Part shown: in pieces, positions 38,649 to 51,300 of the stretch | Layout: each line of letters starts with the position of its first letter | Position numbering within the stretch: the first letter of the stretch is position 1 | DNA from: Enoplolaimus lenunculus | Lineage: Eukaryota | DNA: 64,000 nt | NCBI GenBank assembly: GCA_030248215.1 | Contig: JASANG010002922.1 | Coordinates: 248,001-312,000 of the forward strand | Direction: 5' to 3' | Notes under the pieces: generated by a model | What the model was told of the DNA's origin: nothing | Databases searched by the model: none | Seen by the model: only the letters and a program-made list of their open reading frames with translations | Position numbers and translations under genes: made by a program

Positions 38649-39009
38649 TTTGCTTTAATAATGTTCCACGGATCACAAATTACCAGTTATATATGTGAAA
38701 TAATTTGATTGAAGCCCTATAAATATTTTATAATTACTACCAAATAATAAATATTTTGTTCAAAATCAAGAAAATCAGTGGCGTCATTCGGCAACGAAAG
38801 GTAAAAACCAAAAAAGATTATTTTTGGGAAAAGTTTGGTATATTTGTTCTCACAGCTTAAACCTAGGGATTCACAAATATGCAAAAAATCTTGCCATCAG
38901 ACGAACTCCAGTATACACTTCGTACAGTTTGACGAAACCACAAGATTTAATAACACTGTACAGATATTTGGGTAAAATTAACAAATTAAACATGATGTTA
39001 ACTACGCAC

Positions 39010-39111
39010 TTTCGCATCATCTTCAGCGTCACCTATAACGCTGCGGTACTTTTCGCCTCCAGCTGCAACCACCTGATTGGACACTTTCTGTGCCAAACGG
39101 GAGCCGTACAT
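39010..39111 (-). CDS. Candidate alternative first coding exon of the coiled-coil gene (MYGSRLAQKVSNQVVAAGGEKYRSVIGDAEDDAK)
   Basis: ATG immediately after an in-frame stop, 34 open codons, GC-richer than its flanks, and a phase-0 GTGCGT donor compatible with the exon starting at 36932. Confidence 0.45.
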
Positions 39112-41176
39112 TTAACCATTTTCAGAACTGCGGTATAGATTTTTTATTGCTGGGTTTGCTAAATTTCGGTAGGAAAATTTTTGTCGTTCAGCGAAACGTA
39201 CACTTACTAAATATACTTTAAGCCACACTTACCAATTTAGAAATATGGGTTATGGCGATAATAAACGAGTAAATGAAAATTTCAATCTGCACTCGATAAT
39301 ATAATTTTAAATCAGTAACATTTGCATGATCATGTAAACTTATAGTTCGCAGAAAGAACAAAACGATTTAAAAAGTTTAGTTGGAATTGTAGGTCGGTAT
39401 AAATTTCACATTGAATTGAGAGCTTTTTACTTTTGCTGGCCATAGGAGCGCGGGACCTCCACTATTTCTGGATCAGCTGCTGCGTCGCAGGCCGATCATA
39501 CCTGTGCTTAAACGATATGGTATGGTAAACATTTGGCGACGCGTAAGGTCCCTACCGGATGATCATATATCGAGACGTGTGTGAGTAGAATTGGCAATGT
39601 TAAACTGGCTTTACTAGTGTAAATTTAATAATCGCGTGTCTTATGCGAAATAAACCTGAAATTTCCAATGCTATCGCTTATTTTAACAGCAAACACTGCA
39701 AGACAAAAAGAAAAAAACTAGATATACATTTTTGTTAAAATAGTATGGATCACGTTGTAAACGGATAGCACCAGGGTTTCAACGGAATTCTGATTCCGGC
39801 TGAAATCCCGAAAAAAATTGGGTTTCGATTCCGATTTCGACTGGCTTCTATTCCGAAACCGTTGGTTATGAGTTGAAGTTGATTGAAAATTTTGCCTATT
39901 TTTGGTTTGTTTGCAAATCTGCTTGTTGTAAGTATTCTCAGTAGCAGAGTAAATTACTTCCCTGATTGTCAAAATGTGACTGCAATTGAAAGCTTTAAGC
40001 TCTACTTTAAACAAATAAAATCTAAACTTAAAATTCTACTTCATAGCGGCAAGCATGCAGTGATGTTAGCCCCACTAGTTCTCAAATATAGCTCGATATT
40101 TGGTTCAACAGTATATTTACTGTAGTGAAAACGACGCTCCATTGAATTGGTTAATGTTCAAAAACTTGGGTTCTGTTATTTACGGTTTCATAAGACTAAA
40201 GTTTTGAAATGCTCAAAATGCTTAACTGCATTTAAACTTAAGGTCAAGTTGTTCCTGTGCTTTGAGAATTGACAGGCTGCTCTTACAATTGGCAGGTCTC
40301 CATGGTTATCCTAAATTTTACAGGTTAGTAGATCGCAAATATAGTCAGCTATACTGCAATTTATACTGAAACTGAGAACAAAACAAATACACTACAACAA
40401 GAAGTCAAGTCATACACTTTAGTTTTTGATATAATTAATACTATTACGACTTAAATTTCGATTCCGACCAAATTTACTTCCGATTGGAACCTAGTTTAAC
40501 ACAAATAATGAAAACGGATAACGATCAAAATAACTAAAACGAAAAACGGATACTTATTGAATTATAAAAGTTTTAGAGATGTCCTACTTTTCAGCCAGCA
40601 GAATTGAGGCCCACAAATATTCACCGGCAATTCTAAAATTAAAAAAATGGCGGATGCCCCGAAATTTTTATGGATGAATTTCGTGATTTCTGTATATGTA
40701 CTTATACGCTGTTTATGAGCATTTTTCAGCATATAACTATTTCAATAGCGAAAACGGATATAAACCTCATTATACTTTGGTATTTGCCAGCATTGGTAGA
40801 TGATTGGAACAACCTATCACTGATCTCCGGTTCAGGTAAAATGAAAATATGGACGATTCCAGCAGTTTCACCTGCCGTCATTCAATATCTCAGAATACTT
40901 GCCTCTGGGACTAAACGGTAAACTTTTAGCGAAACAACAATGTAAAGCAAGGTTTTAATCACCTTGGTACGCGTACCATGTTGCCTTTTCGTTGGATTGT
41001 AAACCACAACCAAATATCCTGAACTAATTGAAATATTGACTGTTTGTTACTCAGCACTTTAGCCCTGCTAGCTCTAGTCACAGTCAAACATAAACATTTA
41101 CTCAGTTTAACATTACAGAAAAACAAAACGTTAACAAACGCATATACGAAGAATACGGCATAATTGTAGTAATGTT

Positions 41177-44100
41177 TCACTTATACCCATATCCTTCAAT
41201 AATTTTCTGAAACGGCGCTATCTTTTTTTCAACGTTCTTTCGTGCCTGAAGTTTCAATTCCTGAAAAGAAATGTTTGAAAACGAGCAGATACTCGACAAA
41301 TAAGTTGAAAATCTTGTCCTATATTCTAAAATGTATATATCACCTATCCTATCACATCTGACTACAGGTGTTTTCAACTGATTAAACACTGGATAACAAA
41401 AATATATTAAAAAATATATTAACTTAGATTCATGTCTATAACAGTTTCTGGCTACAAAAACTTTTAGTATTTGCGATAATACAGGCAAACGTCAAGAATA
41501 ATCACAAGACCGTCTTCACCACGGCCGTAACTTCCTTCTAGCTGCAGTTCTAACTTTTAATTCAGACTGCCAAAGTTTTTGACAGTTAATAAAACGTGAA
41601 TCATCAGAATATTTACAACAGAAGAGACTCACATTATCAGCCTTTTTCCTAGCGTAGTACACTTTTGATTTTGTCTTTCGTTTCACCTCCAGTTTTTTCA
41701 CCACATCTCTATATTTCCACCCAACTTCATGTGATATGCGACCAAGTTGACAGTACTGAAACACGTCTTCGGACAGAAAACATAATTGCAATATGAATTG
41801 CAGTACAAAAAAAATTTGCAAAAATACCAGTAATGTGCCGATACCTAAATTCTTGCCGATGCCGATTATTTTGAAATTTTGTCCACGCGGAACCGTTGCC
41901 GATTCAAATAAAATACATCAGGTGTTTCTCTAGGGGGGAGGGCACCAAATACGAAATACCACATTTTCGGGACTTACTTTTCGTCTCGGTTTTAGACAGT
42001 TAACACGCATTGCGACCGGGACCACTCGGCGTAGCATTTTATCGTATGGAGGCGGAACCCCTTCGAACACTTTAAGCCGCTGCATTGCTTCGTCGCCCCG
42101 TTTAGTTTTGTGTGGGATCATTCCTAAAGTTACGTAACAAAACGTGCCGCTAGTGACATCACTGAATAAAGCAGGGTGCAAAGCGGAACTGGATTATACC
42201 GAAATCGGAACTACAAAATTTGTTACTATGCTGATAATTTGTATTAACAATGTATAATATTGATTTAGAATGTGTGCTGGCTGGCAACAATTCTCAAAGA
42301 CGTCGCATGAACAAATTGGCAATAATTTTTTGGCTCTGTAAAGCGAAACTACAATCAATTATTGCTAAGTTGATATGTCGAAAACAATTTAATAAATAAA
42401 TGATGCAAAATATTTATACAACATATCACAAGTAGGTCTAAAATTAAAATGTGAAAATTCTGATGCCGATTGATTGTGCAATCGGAATCGGGACTCCTTT
42501 TGAATCGGAATTCTGTTCGGAATCGGAATTCCGAATGCACCCTGGAATAAAGTGTTAATATAATATAGGTTCATTACTTACAATCATGCAATATATTAGA
42601 CTCTGTGAACCGAAAATTTTTCGCAGATTTGTTGCATTTGGCCATTAAGCAAGTAGATTGCACCGTCCATTGATATGATAAATTTACCTAGCATGTCCTA
42701 CAGTTATGATGGTATATTTTTTCAAAATTCGGCGTGAGTTTTTTGATGTTTGAATTTCAATGGATCCTGGTATACGTTAGAAAAGACATATTATGATAAT
42801 TATTTAGCAACGGAAATAAACGTTCTGAAATAGTGGCTATTTATGGCTGTCAATTATTCCCATTCGGCCGGCTGAAAACATTCGGGTAACTCTCCGGTAA
42901 GGCCGGGACTTACTATTATTATGAAATGAGTGTTTTAAAAATTTAAAATGAGATCTTTTTCCGCATAGAGTTGATTATGCGCTGAGGTACTATTTACAAA
43001 CTACGTACGAGCAAACTGACAATTATTAAACGTATCTTCTGCAGCGCAAAATCTCCACAAGACATGAGAGCCCCTCGGAATCTAGCGTTCAGTTTTATAG
43101 CAAAGTGGTGATGATAAAAGCCTCCCCGGCGAGTATTTGGTTAGAATCTTACCTTGAAGAGATTTCAGTGGAAATATATACTTCGCGGATGAGGTAAAAC
43201 CACCAAAATAAAGTTCAATTGGGATTAGGCAATACAACAAAAGCGGAAAAACTATTGTATTTGTCTCAGTTTGATTTAAGTTTCAGAATTCAGCAAAATC
43301 TTTTCTGTGAGGGGAGTCTTGGTGCGGTTTATGGTGGGCTACTTTAATTTCGGTCGGTTTTTTTTGAAAAAAGTGGGTAAAACCCCCGTATTTTACCCAA
43401 AAAACTATGCCTGTAATTATTTGAATTGATACACTCATATTTTAAACACTTTATCTCGATACGTAGCTTTGTTTTGTGCTGATTGATTTCTGGTGAAAAT
43501 ACTTGGTCGCCAAAAAAGATAGGAACCGGATACTTCAATACGTAGCTGATTCCAGCAGTTGTTGGACGGAATATTTAAATCCATATTTCGACAAAATTAA
43601 AGTTATATAATGACGCTAATTTAACATTACTTTCTATAAACTACGATTCTGTTCACAACGTTTTCGGTGCAATTTCACAGATTACACCTACCATTCATAT
43701 ACAGGTCGAGAAAACAAAACATTCACGCAAGGCACAGTTGTAAAATGGTTTCCCAGATAAAACAAGTCCAAAACTGTAACATCATGTACGTAACTCACTT
43801 TAGACGATGTCATTGTTAAATGCTTACCTCTAACTGAACGATAAAATATTTTTGACGGCGCACGAAAATGAAACGGACCATGGCTGGGATTTGTGTTCGT
43901 CCTTTTGCGCAAGAATTCCAAATATTTTGCTAAAAATGCATACATGTAACACAATTCGATGTTGTAAGTATACAAGAACATTGGTAAGATATCTTGTCCA
44001 GTATATAAAAAATATAAAAATTGAGCTTCGGTTAAACGCATATCGGTGCACAAACTATGTATGCCTGCCACAGTAAGAATTGTTACACTAAGTTCAGCAA

Positions 44101-45015
44101 AACATACTACAAAACCTGCTATACATGGCTGATATAAAGAAACATACGAATTACACATTTTTACGTACCTTTATTTCGGTAAAAGTTTCCACTAATGTTG
44201 ATATCTTCACACCGTACTACTACAACAGGCTGACCCAACAGTAAATTTTTGGCCACTATCGATGCAAGTCTACCAAGCATATGGTGTCTGGCATCAATAA
44301 CGATCGGCTATAACCAATTACAATGTAAACAAATATTTAATTCAAAAATTCTGGACAGCGTTTGACACCAATGCTCACTGAAACACAAAGATTTGCCATT
44401 AGTAAACGCCACCGAGACCCTATTGGTTTCAGCTGGGATTACACATGCAATTTAATCTTATTTCCTAGGTATTTGAAATAATGTCGCAGAGCTCATATTC
44501 GTTTACAGGGACCATCACAAGCAGGGTGCGACCGGATCGCAAAAAACCTACCGGAACCGGATGTTAACCGGAGTGTGTTTCTTAAAATAAATCATTTTTA
44601 GCGCGTTAATGCGTCACTAAATGTTAATTTATCTTTAGTAAACGGAATATTGGGTTTATATAAGGAGCGTGTCCTAATACTTGAAAATAATTGTGTGAAG
44701 CTGCCAATAATTGGTTTGTTTCAATAATAAAATCCGAATCGCTGCCTTAACCATATGCAAAAAATACTGCTTTAAACCAATACTGTATATTTACATGTAA
44801 TGGGACTGCAAACATAACATCTCACAACATAATTTGCAATAATTTCAGATTTATGAAATCATCAACGAAATCCGGTATCCGGTATGTTTATACCGGATAC
44901 CGGAACCGGATTTTTTGCCTGATAGTAAACAGGAGCCGGATATCCTCTCGCACCCTGGTCACAAGGTACATGATCCTATAAAACTACTTCTTCATACCTT
45001 TGTCTCAAATCCCAT
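41177..45015 (-). CDS. RPL13A: 60S ribosomal protein L13a (uL13; rpl-16 in C. elegans naming), 6 coding exons, 203 aa
   Basis: Exons 45015-44998, 44307-44169, 43929-43828, 42123-41978, 41755-41633, 41260-41177 (612 nt). Translation [26 protein letters not shown]...[28 protein letters not shown]...[10 protein letters not shown]...[13 protein letters not shown]...EVGWKY. Confidence 0.97.
42172..42544. mobile_element. hAT-type MITE with CAGGGTGC TIRs (related copies 18408-18823, 44522-44957, 48910-49299, 50206-50566, 50609-50821; partial ~51530-51825 and ~940-1016)
   Basis: CAGGGTGCA...TGCACCCTG, perfect 8-bp TSD GAATAAAG, subterminal (A/T)CCGGA and ATCGGA hexamer arrays. Most other full copies show 6-7/8 TSD matches. 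Confidence 0.88.
42955..43197. mobile_element. Old degenerate copy of the tRNA-carrying piggyBac-type MITE (a terminal fragment also lies at ~28770-28826)
   Basis: Colinear motifs ccacaagacatgagagcccctcgg, tatagcaaagtggtgatgata, gcctccc, ggttagaatc. Confidence 0.55.
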
Positions 45016-45317
45016 ACTAGAATTGGTGTTAATTTGTTATATACTTACATATATAAGGAAATACGTACTAAAAATAAAAAAGTTAACGATACACATCAAC
45101 ACGTCCTTATCACCAACTTACTCCGCATTATGGCACTTAAACAAGAAGGCACTTTAAATTTAACTGCACGTATACTCGATGTAAGGCTGGAGTGTCTTGT
45201 GGGCAGTGTTTTAGTTATCCGGGTCAACGCTGGGTTTTACCAACTGAGCTATCGCATGTCAGTCTAGGCAGGTACCGGGACTTCAGACTTTTTTACTAAG
45301 CAGTTGGAAAAGCACGC

Positions 45318-45335
45318 TTACAGAGAAGACACGTT
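45318..45335 (-). promoter_or_regulatory. Putative TCT/5'TOP start and non-coding micro-exon of RPL13A
   Basis: Minus strand reads TCTTCTCT|GTAAGC, and a TTCTAG acceptor lies 1 nt before the ATG at 45015. Confidence 0.5.
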
Positions 45336-45869
45336 TCAAACTAACGACCTCCGGTGCTTTAAACGACTATGACGACATATATGCAGCCGGCTAGCTTAAA
45401 CGAAGTGAAATACACATTGCATGTGCACACGCAGGACAAGCCTATATTACGATTGCCAGGGTTCCAAAAGGGCCTAGATATTGCCGGGACACGAACAGCA
45501 GTGGAATTTGCTTGCAAGAAACGGAACAGGAACAGCAACCGGCATATGAAATAATTTTCATCACCGAATTACTGTTGAACGTTTTCGAAAACTTGCCAAA
45601 AAATAACTTAAACGAATTTTCAGCAAAGACAAAGTTTCCAATACTTAAATGATTATATATAACTTGCCACAAAACCGTAAAAATTCCGGTTCCCGCATCT
45701 TTGAATACAGGAACAGAAATTGACTACTTGTGTATTTGCTTATATGTAGCGTTTTTACTTGCAGTTATGGGCGTGGCGATTAATCGGCATCGGTAACAAT
45801 GGCACTTTTTGTGCGTATCGACATCGGTACTGCAAAAAATTAACCGTTCTTTGCCGATACTTGTAGCAC

Positions 45870-47050
45870 TTAGCAGTGATGTCACGCGTCGGTATATACA
45901 TCGACTTTGCAAAAGCATTCGACATTGAAATCATTTGAAACTTTTAATAAAACTCTCATGCTACGGTTTTCGCGATAAGCTTTTGCATTGAATAGGTGCT
46001 TTTTTACAGAAACGTACGTACCCAGCGGAAAAATTCTAATTTATAATGGTACTGTTGATGCATTACGTGATAATGATGTTGAAATTTATGCGAAAAGATT
46101 TATGTTGTAGGTTTAAAATCTAATCCCCTGGAATCTCATTACGTACTTATTGCAAGATAGCTAAACGTCATTAATGAATATTTTAAGGTATGGCAACTGA
46201 AAATTGTAGTAAATCGGCCTCCTGAGTTAGGTTGTCGCATCGGCAATGATGTGCTTGCTAGTGTTGGTCAAGAAAACGATTTGGGTGTTAATTGCAATCG
46301 TTATTTAAAATTTTCTACTCTGGGATCATGTAAATATTAAGGCCTTTAGAACAGCTAATTTACTTTTTTGGTGTTTTCCTTAGTTCTTGTCGTTTCAACC
46401 TGTTAACGTGTATAGAATACTTCGTCATTGATTGTGTGATATCAATAAAATTGAAAAAGTGCCGCGTTATTTAACTCGTAGGTCCAGTTTTCAGTTGAAT
46501 TTAGGAAATAAACCATATAGTAAATGGAGGACTTTAAACTCGATTCCTTAGAGTTTCGTAAGCTTAAAACGGATTTAGCGTTGTTATACAAACAAATTTT
46601 CAATAAGATTGATCTTTGTCAGAACTGCACGGTCGGGACGACCCCTTCTTCCGAAGTAGTGCGAATATACACGGCTTTACTCTAAACTTCTCCGAATTAA
46701 ATGGCCACGCCGGGAATCGAACCTCGGACCTCTCGCTCGCGAGTCAAGCGCGCTACCCATTACACCACGCGGTCGATATCATAATTTCCTCTGGTGGTAT
46801 ATGTGCACAAGTATGTATATGTCTTAACATTACACACTTTGCACATACACAAGCCGCGTATGTATACTCACAATCTTCTTTCAGAAAGTTGCATGAAGTT
46901 CTGTGGCACCATTTGGATTAGAAAAACAACCTCAGTTTAACTTGGCTTAAATTTAATAATTTAGCAGGTCGGAGCTCCTTTTTCTATCGCGATATTGTTT
47001 GTTGGAACACTCTTCCAAACGATATTGACATGGTTCCTCTTATTCGTTCA
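45870..47050 (+). mobile_element. Decayed 5'-truncated non-LTR retrotransposon (CR1/L2-like reverse transcriptase relic)
   Basis: Ordered, frameshifted fragments with stops: IYIDFAKAFD, HLKLLIKLSCYGFRDKLLH*IGAFLQKR, ENDLGV, DINKIEKVPRYLTRR, SLEFRKLKTDLALLYK, SFFYRDIVCWNTLP. Confidence 0.85.
46702..46774 (-). pseudogene. tRNA-Ala(CGC)-like degenerate cassette inside a dispersed repeat that interrupts the LINE relic
   Basis: GACCGCGTGGTGTAATGGGTAGCGCGCTTGACTCGCGAGCGAGAGGTCCGAGGTTCGATTCCCGGCGTGGCCA. A and B boxes and cloverleaf spacing are intact. Mismatches occur in the T, acceptor and anticodon stems. Confidence 0.7.
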
Positions 47051-48386
47051 ATTTCTTAAGAACTAGCCATAATGAAACTCGTTAGCTATGTCACTTCATA
47101 CAAATGTCTTGCTTGTGCTTTCTCTTTAAGTAATTTGGAACATTTTGTAGAAACCATGACTGCGCAATCGTGCCAAAAGATTGGAGCCCGCTGTTTACTG
47201 CTATCACGTATAAATAATCTTGTACATTGCGTATGCAGTTTCGTTACAGAACAACACCGTGAAGCATTTTCTTTTATGAAGTAGACAACATGACAAAGAT
47301 ATTTTAGTTGTTACCTTGTCTAGATTGACAAGTTCAGATTGCAGGGATTAAAGTGCAGCGCTTTAAAGTACAGGTCTGTCCAATTTGCATTCTTTTGAAT
47401 GATCAAAATTCGATACTAAAAAACACAGGAATAAGACGAGAAATAAAAATTTCATATGTTGAGGGAAGTACTTCGTGCTTCTGTTCAATGCATTTCATTT
47501 AAGGCGAAAACAATCATAATTGCAAATTTACCTCGATCTTGATCTTACTTTAAACCGCGTTTTCCAGTATATACAGCAAATGTTTGTTTCGTTTGTCGGC
47601 ATAGCTAGTAGTTGTTGTGCGCTTATTTTAATGCACAATCTGTAATCACGGTTAAGTACAAGGGTTGTTATGTAACCAGCACAGTTATTTGAATTACAAT
47701 TTTTCGAGGGCGAAATGTTTCTTGTGCATTTAGTCTGTGCCTAAGATAAGTACGTTTATCCTGCAAGGTGTGCCATGCGTCGGAGAACGGCTAAAGAGAA
47801 GCCGCCGACGCTTGTGGTGCCGGAGGGGTACTCGTAAAGAGGCTGTGAAATAAAGTTAAAAATGAAGTCAGTTTGGCATAGATAATCCTTCAATAATTTA
47901 TAAAATGCGAACGAATCGTTTTGCTATATCAAAACTCTGACAAAATTGATTTTATTACAATTGCTGTGAACTAATACTTAGAATGGTACATTAAGATGGT
48001 CTTAAAAAGATACAGACATGCCAGGCTGGCTTTGCCGGGTGGTTGGTGGGAATTTCTTATTATTATTATTCGATTTACTTTTCTATTTAACTGTCTCACA
48101 GTTGAACGTTGAGGTTAAGAAAAATGAAGTATACTTAGAAAACCAGTCTTGTTCGTTTATTATAGTAATATGATATGCGTTTAGATAATAAATGGTTATA
48201 TAAGGTTTTATGCTTTATTACTGACAACCGCGTTTGTATTGTTGTTGTTTGTTTGCTTTTTTTGTAAAAACCGTCATCATTCTATCGGCATCGGAAGAAA
48301 CGTCGTCGTCATCTGGTGCAACTGCTGTGAGCCGAGTAACCACGAAATTTCGCAACAAAACGACATTTTTTCATTCGCTTGCGAAA

Positions 48387-51300
48387 ATGTTAACGCCTGC
48401 GTCTGCATCTCCGTCTTCATCGTCGTCTAGTGGAGCCACCGCACCTAGTCAACCGGCACCGATTCCAATTGATACGGATGACCAAGGGCAAGGTAATACA
48501 TATGTCACGTAACTCGCTCTATAATTTTGCTAAGGCGAAGGTCCGCCAGATGGATGTGGAAGAATAGAATAGGTTTATATTGTTCTGTGAAAAAGGTTCC
48601 TTTTTGTATTTTGCACTTCTAAGCGTCAAGCAAAATAATTATAACCGAAAAAGGATGATTACTTGTAGCTTTTCTTCAGGTCTCCATTAGTTCATGTTTC
48701 AATGAATTTTTGTCCTTGTTCATCTTTGTTACCTAACAATTAAGTGGAAAAGCATACATTTATCTTAAAATATTCCTGCACTATGTGACGGTGGCCACTG
48801 GATTACTTTATCGTAGCCTGTAGCTGTTTAATTAAAATTGCCGATTCTTTACCGACACATTTTGACCTCAGCAGTGAGTTATAATGCTATCCATTTCACT
48901 TGTTCGCGACAGGGTGCCACGCGGAACTGTATTATGTCGGAATCGGAATCGGAACTAGAAATTTTGTAGGTGTACGGATAATTTTTATTGACAAATATCA
49001 TGTTGATTTAGGATGTATATTGACTGGCCTGGCAACAATTTTCAAAAAGGTTGCATGAACAAGTTGGCGATGATTTTTGGTTCTGTGAAAGCTAATCTAC
49101 AACCAATTATTTATAAGTTACATAACTCATCGAACGCTATTTAATAGATAAATAATACAGAATTTTTATGCAATGTATCACATCAAGTAAGATTAAAATT
49201 AAAGTGTCAAAATTCCGATTGCTATTGATTGTTCAATCGGAATCGGAACTCGTTGTGAATCAGAATTTTTATCGGAATCGGAATTCTGGTCGCACCCTGG
49301 TTGGCGTATATTCATGCATCTGATCAGGAAACTGTAATGTCTCTTGCATTTGTATTTGGAAAATAATTGAAAAATGAACTGTTCTCATAAGATTATAACC
49401 GTTTATGGTTGTTAGGTTTTTAAATCGTCGCGTTTATAACTAATTCTTTTAATTCTTTAAGCATTGTGATTGTGTATTAGAATTGGAATCGGCATAGACA
49501 AACTTTTAAAATAACAATGAGCATCAGCAAAAATTTTTGCATCGACACATTATTAATATATATTTGGTATTACTACGTAATATATGGCATACGGTTTCTG
49601 TGCAATAAACTGTTTTAGTTGTTTTATCGTTAGAGGTAAGCTATGATGTAACCGGTTTGTGTAGAATAATTTTTTAAGTTTAAGTTTTCCTGAGTTTCTA
49701 TTTTCGTTATTTGTTGTATCCAATGGTTTCGTTGCAGGTGATAGACCCGACATTCCAGTGTCGTCGGGAAACGTGATGCAACAACATCATCCTGTAGGCG
49801 GTTTGGATGGCCCCAGCAGTTCAACGTCCCGAATATCGGCTGCCATTCCCGGTCATAACGACCATGTTAACGACGACGATGATGATGATGAATTAATGGA
49901 TACCGACGCAATGATTTTGCCCAACTCACCCGTAGCCGCACCATTTGACGAGGGTTATGCTGGCGACCATACTTTTGCGACGTCAACAACTACAACAACG
50001 GTGCATCCGATGCAAACCGATAGCGAAATGCAAAATACCACCACAGGATTGATGAGACGACACGCGCAACCGCCAGTGGCATCAATGATTGTAGGTGGCA
50101 ATGGGGGACGGCCCGTGTTGTCGAACGATATGCAGTGGTGCTTTTCGCAGATTAAAGGCACAGTGGACGCGGAAGAAATTAGCGAAGGTTAGCTGTGCTG
50201 GTTATCAGGGTGCAGCCGGAATCACAATTTAACGGAACCGGAAATGAAAATACATGCCGTCGGGAAATCATTTTAATCTTCATTTTGCAGTATTATCGGT
50301 GAAATAAACCTAGTTAGAGATCTGCGTATTGTTGATTTTCATAATTCACGGAAGCGAAATCTACCTTTGATGGTTTATTTTCGGCAATTGTCAAGTTTTA
50401 CATACTATCCTAATGAAATTATTTAATTTTTACCGTCATTTTTAGTAAAATATCTTAATTTCCGCCAATCAAAGTTTAATAGGTACCGGAATTTTTAATT
50501 TTGGTAAACATTTTCCGGAACCGGAAGGTGAAAAAATGCCGAAACCAGAATTCTGGTTGCACCCCGCTGATTACCTGTTGGTTTAGTTCTCAAATATTTA
50601 GGTATAGTCAGGGTGCATCCGGAATTGCAATTTACCGGAACCGGAATTTGAAAAAATAACTGGAACCGAAAAATGAAATATACATGCCACCGAAAAATAG
50701 ATTTTAATTTTTTTGCAATATTATTGGTGAAATAACCCTAGCTGGAAATAGGCATTCACTTTATCTTATGTGTTTTAGATAGGTCAAAATTTGCCGGAAC
50801 CAGAATTCCGGCTGCACCCTGAGTATAGTTTATGTAGTGTCAAATTTACATGGCCCATTCTCAAATGACTATCATCATGAATTCGTGAGGCTATTGGTCT
50901 GAAAATTTACACTGTAGTAGGACAGATAAAATAAGAAACGTGTGCTGAATTTTGAAACTCACCATTCTCTAATTTGTAAGATAAGCAGAGAAGGCTATCT
51001 GTACACTACACTATGTACATTGTGCTTTTAGCCGATATTATTTCATGCGTTGAATTCAGTCATGACGGTGAATTGCTTGCAACAGGCGATAAAGGAGGTC
51101 GGGTTGTAATATTTCAACGAGAACAAATGGTAATTTTAGCAAGCTTTATTATCTACCAATTAGTTTGTGTTTTGGAGCTGGAGTGAGTATGTTGTGTTAC
51201 TTGGTCTAATACGACATACCGTGGATTTAGACGTTCGAAAATTTCAGATATGCGTACACTGCGTTTCGTAACATATGTTTCTCGCTTGCAAAACTAAACA

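Noticed and set aside
39111..41177. Operon linking RPL13A to the downstream coiled-coil gene
   Set aside because: The genes are on the same strand, but the ~2-kb gap contains repeat remnants and sequence alone gives no positive evidence.
44400..44520. rRNA-guide or SRP-like motif (TGTAATCCCAGCTGA, minus strand) in an RPL13A intron
   Set aside because: The match is short and imperfect, and no consistent box C/D or SRP fold is visible.
45225..45255. tRNA gene from TAGCTCAGTTGGTA on the minus strand
   Set aside because: No B box or cloverleaf follows.
46702..46774. Functional tRNA-Ala(CGC) gene
   Set aside because: It has two T-stem mismatches plus acceptor and anticodon stem mismatches, no clear T4+ terminator, and it sits inside a LINE relic.
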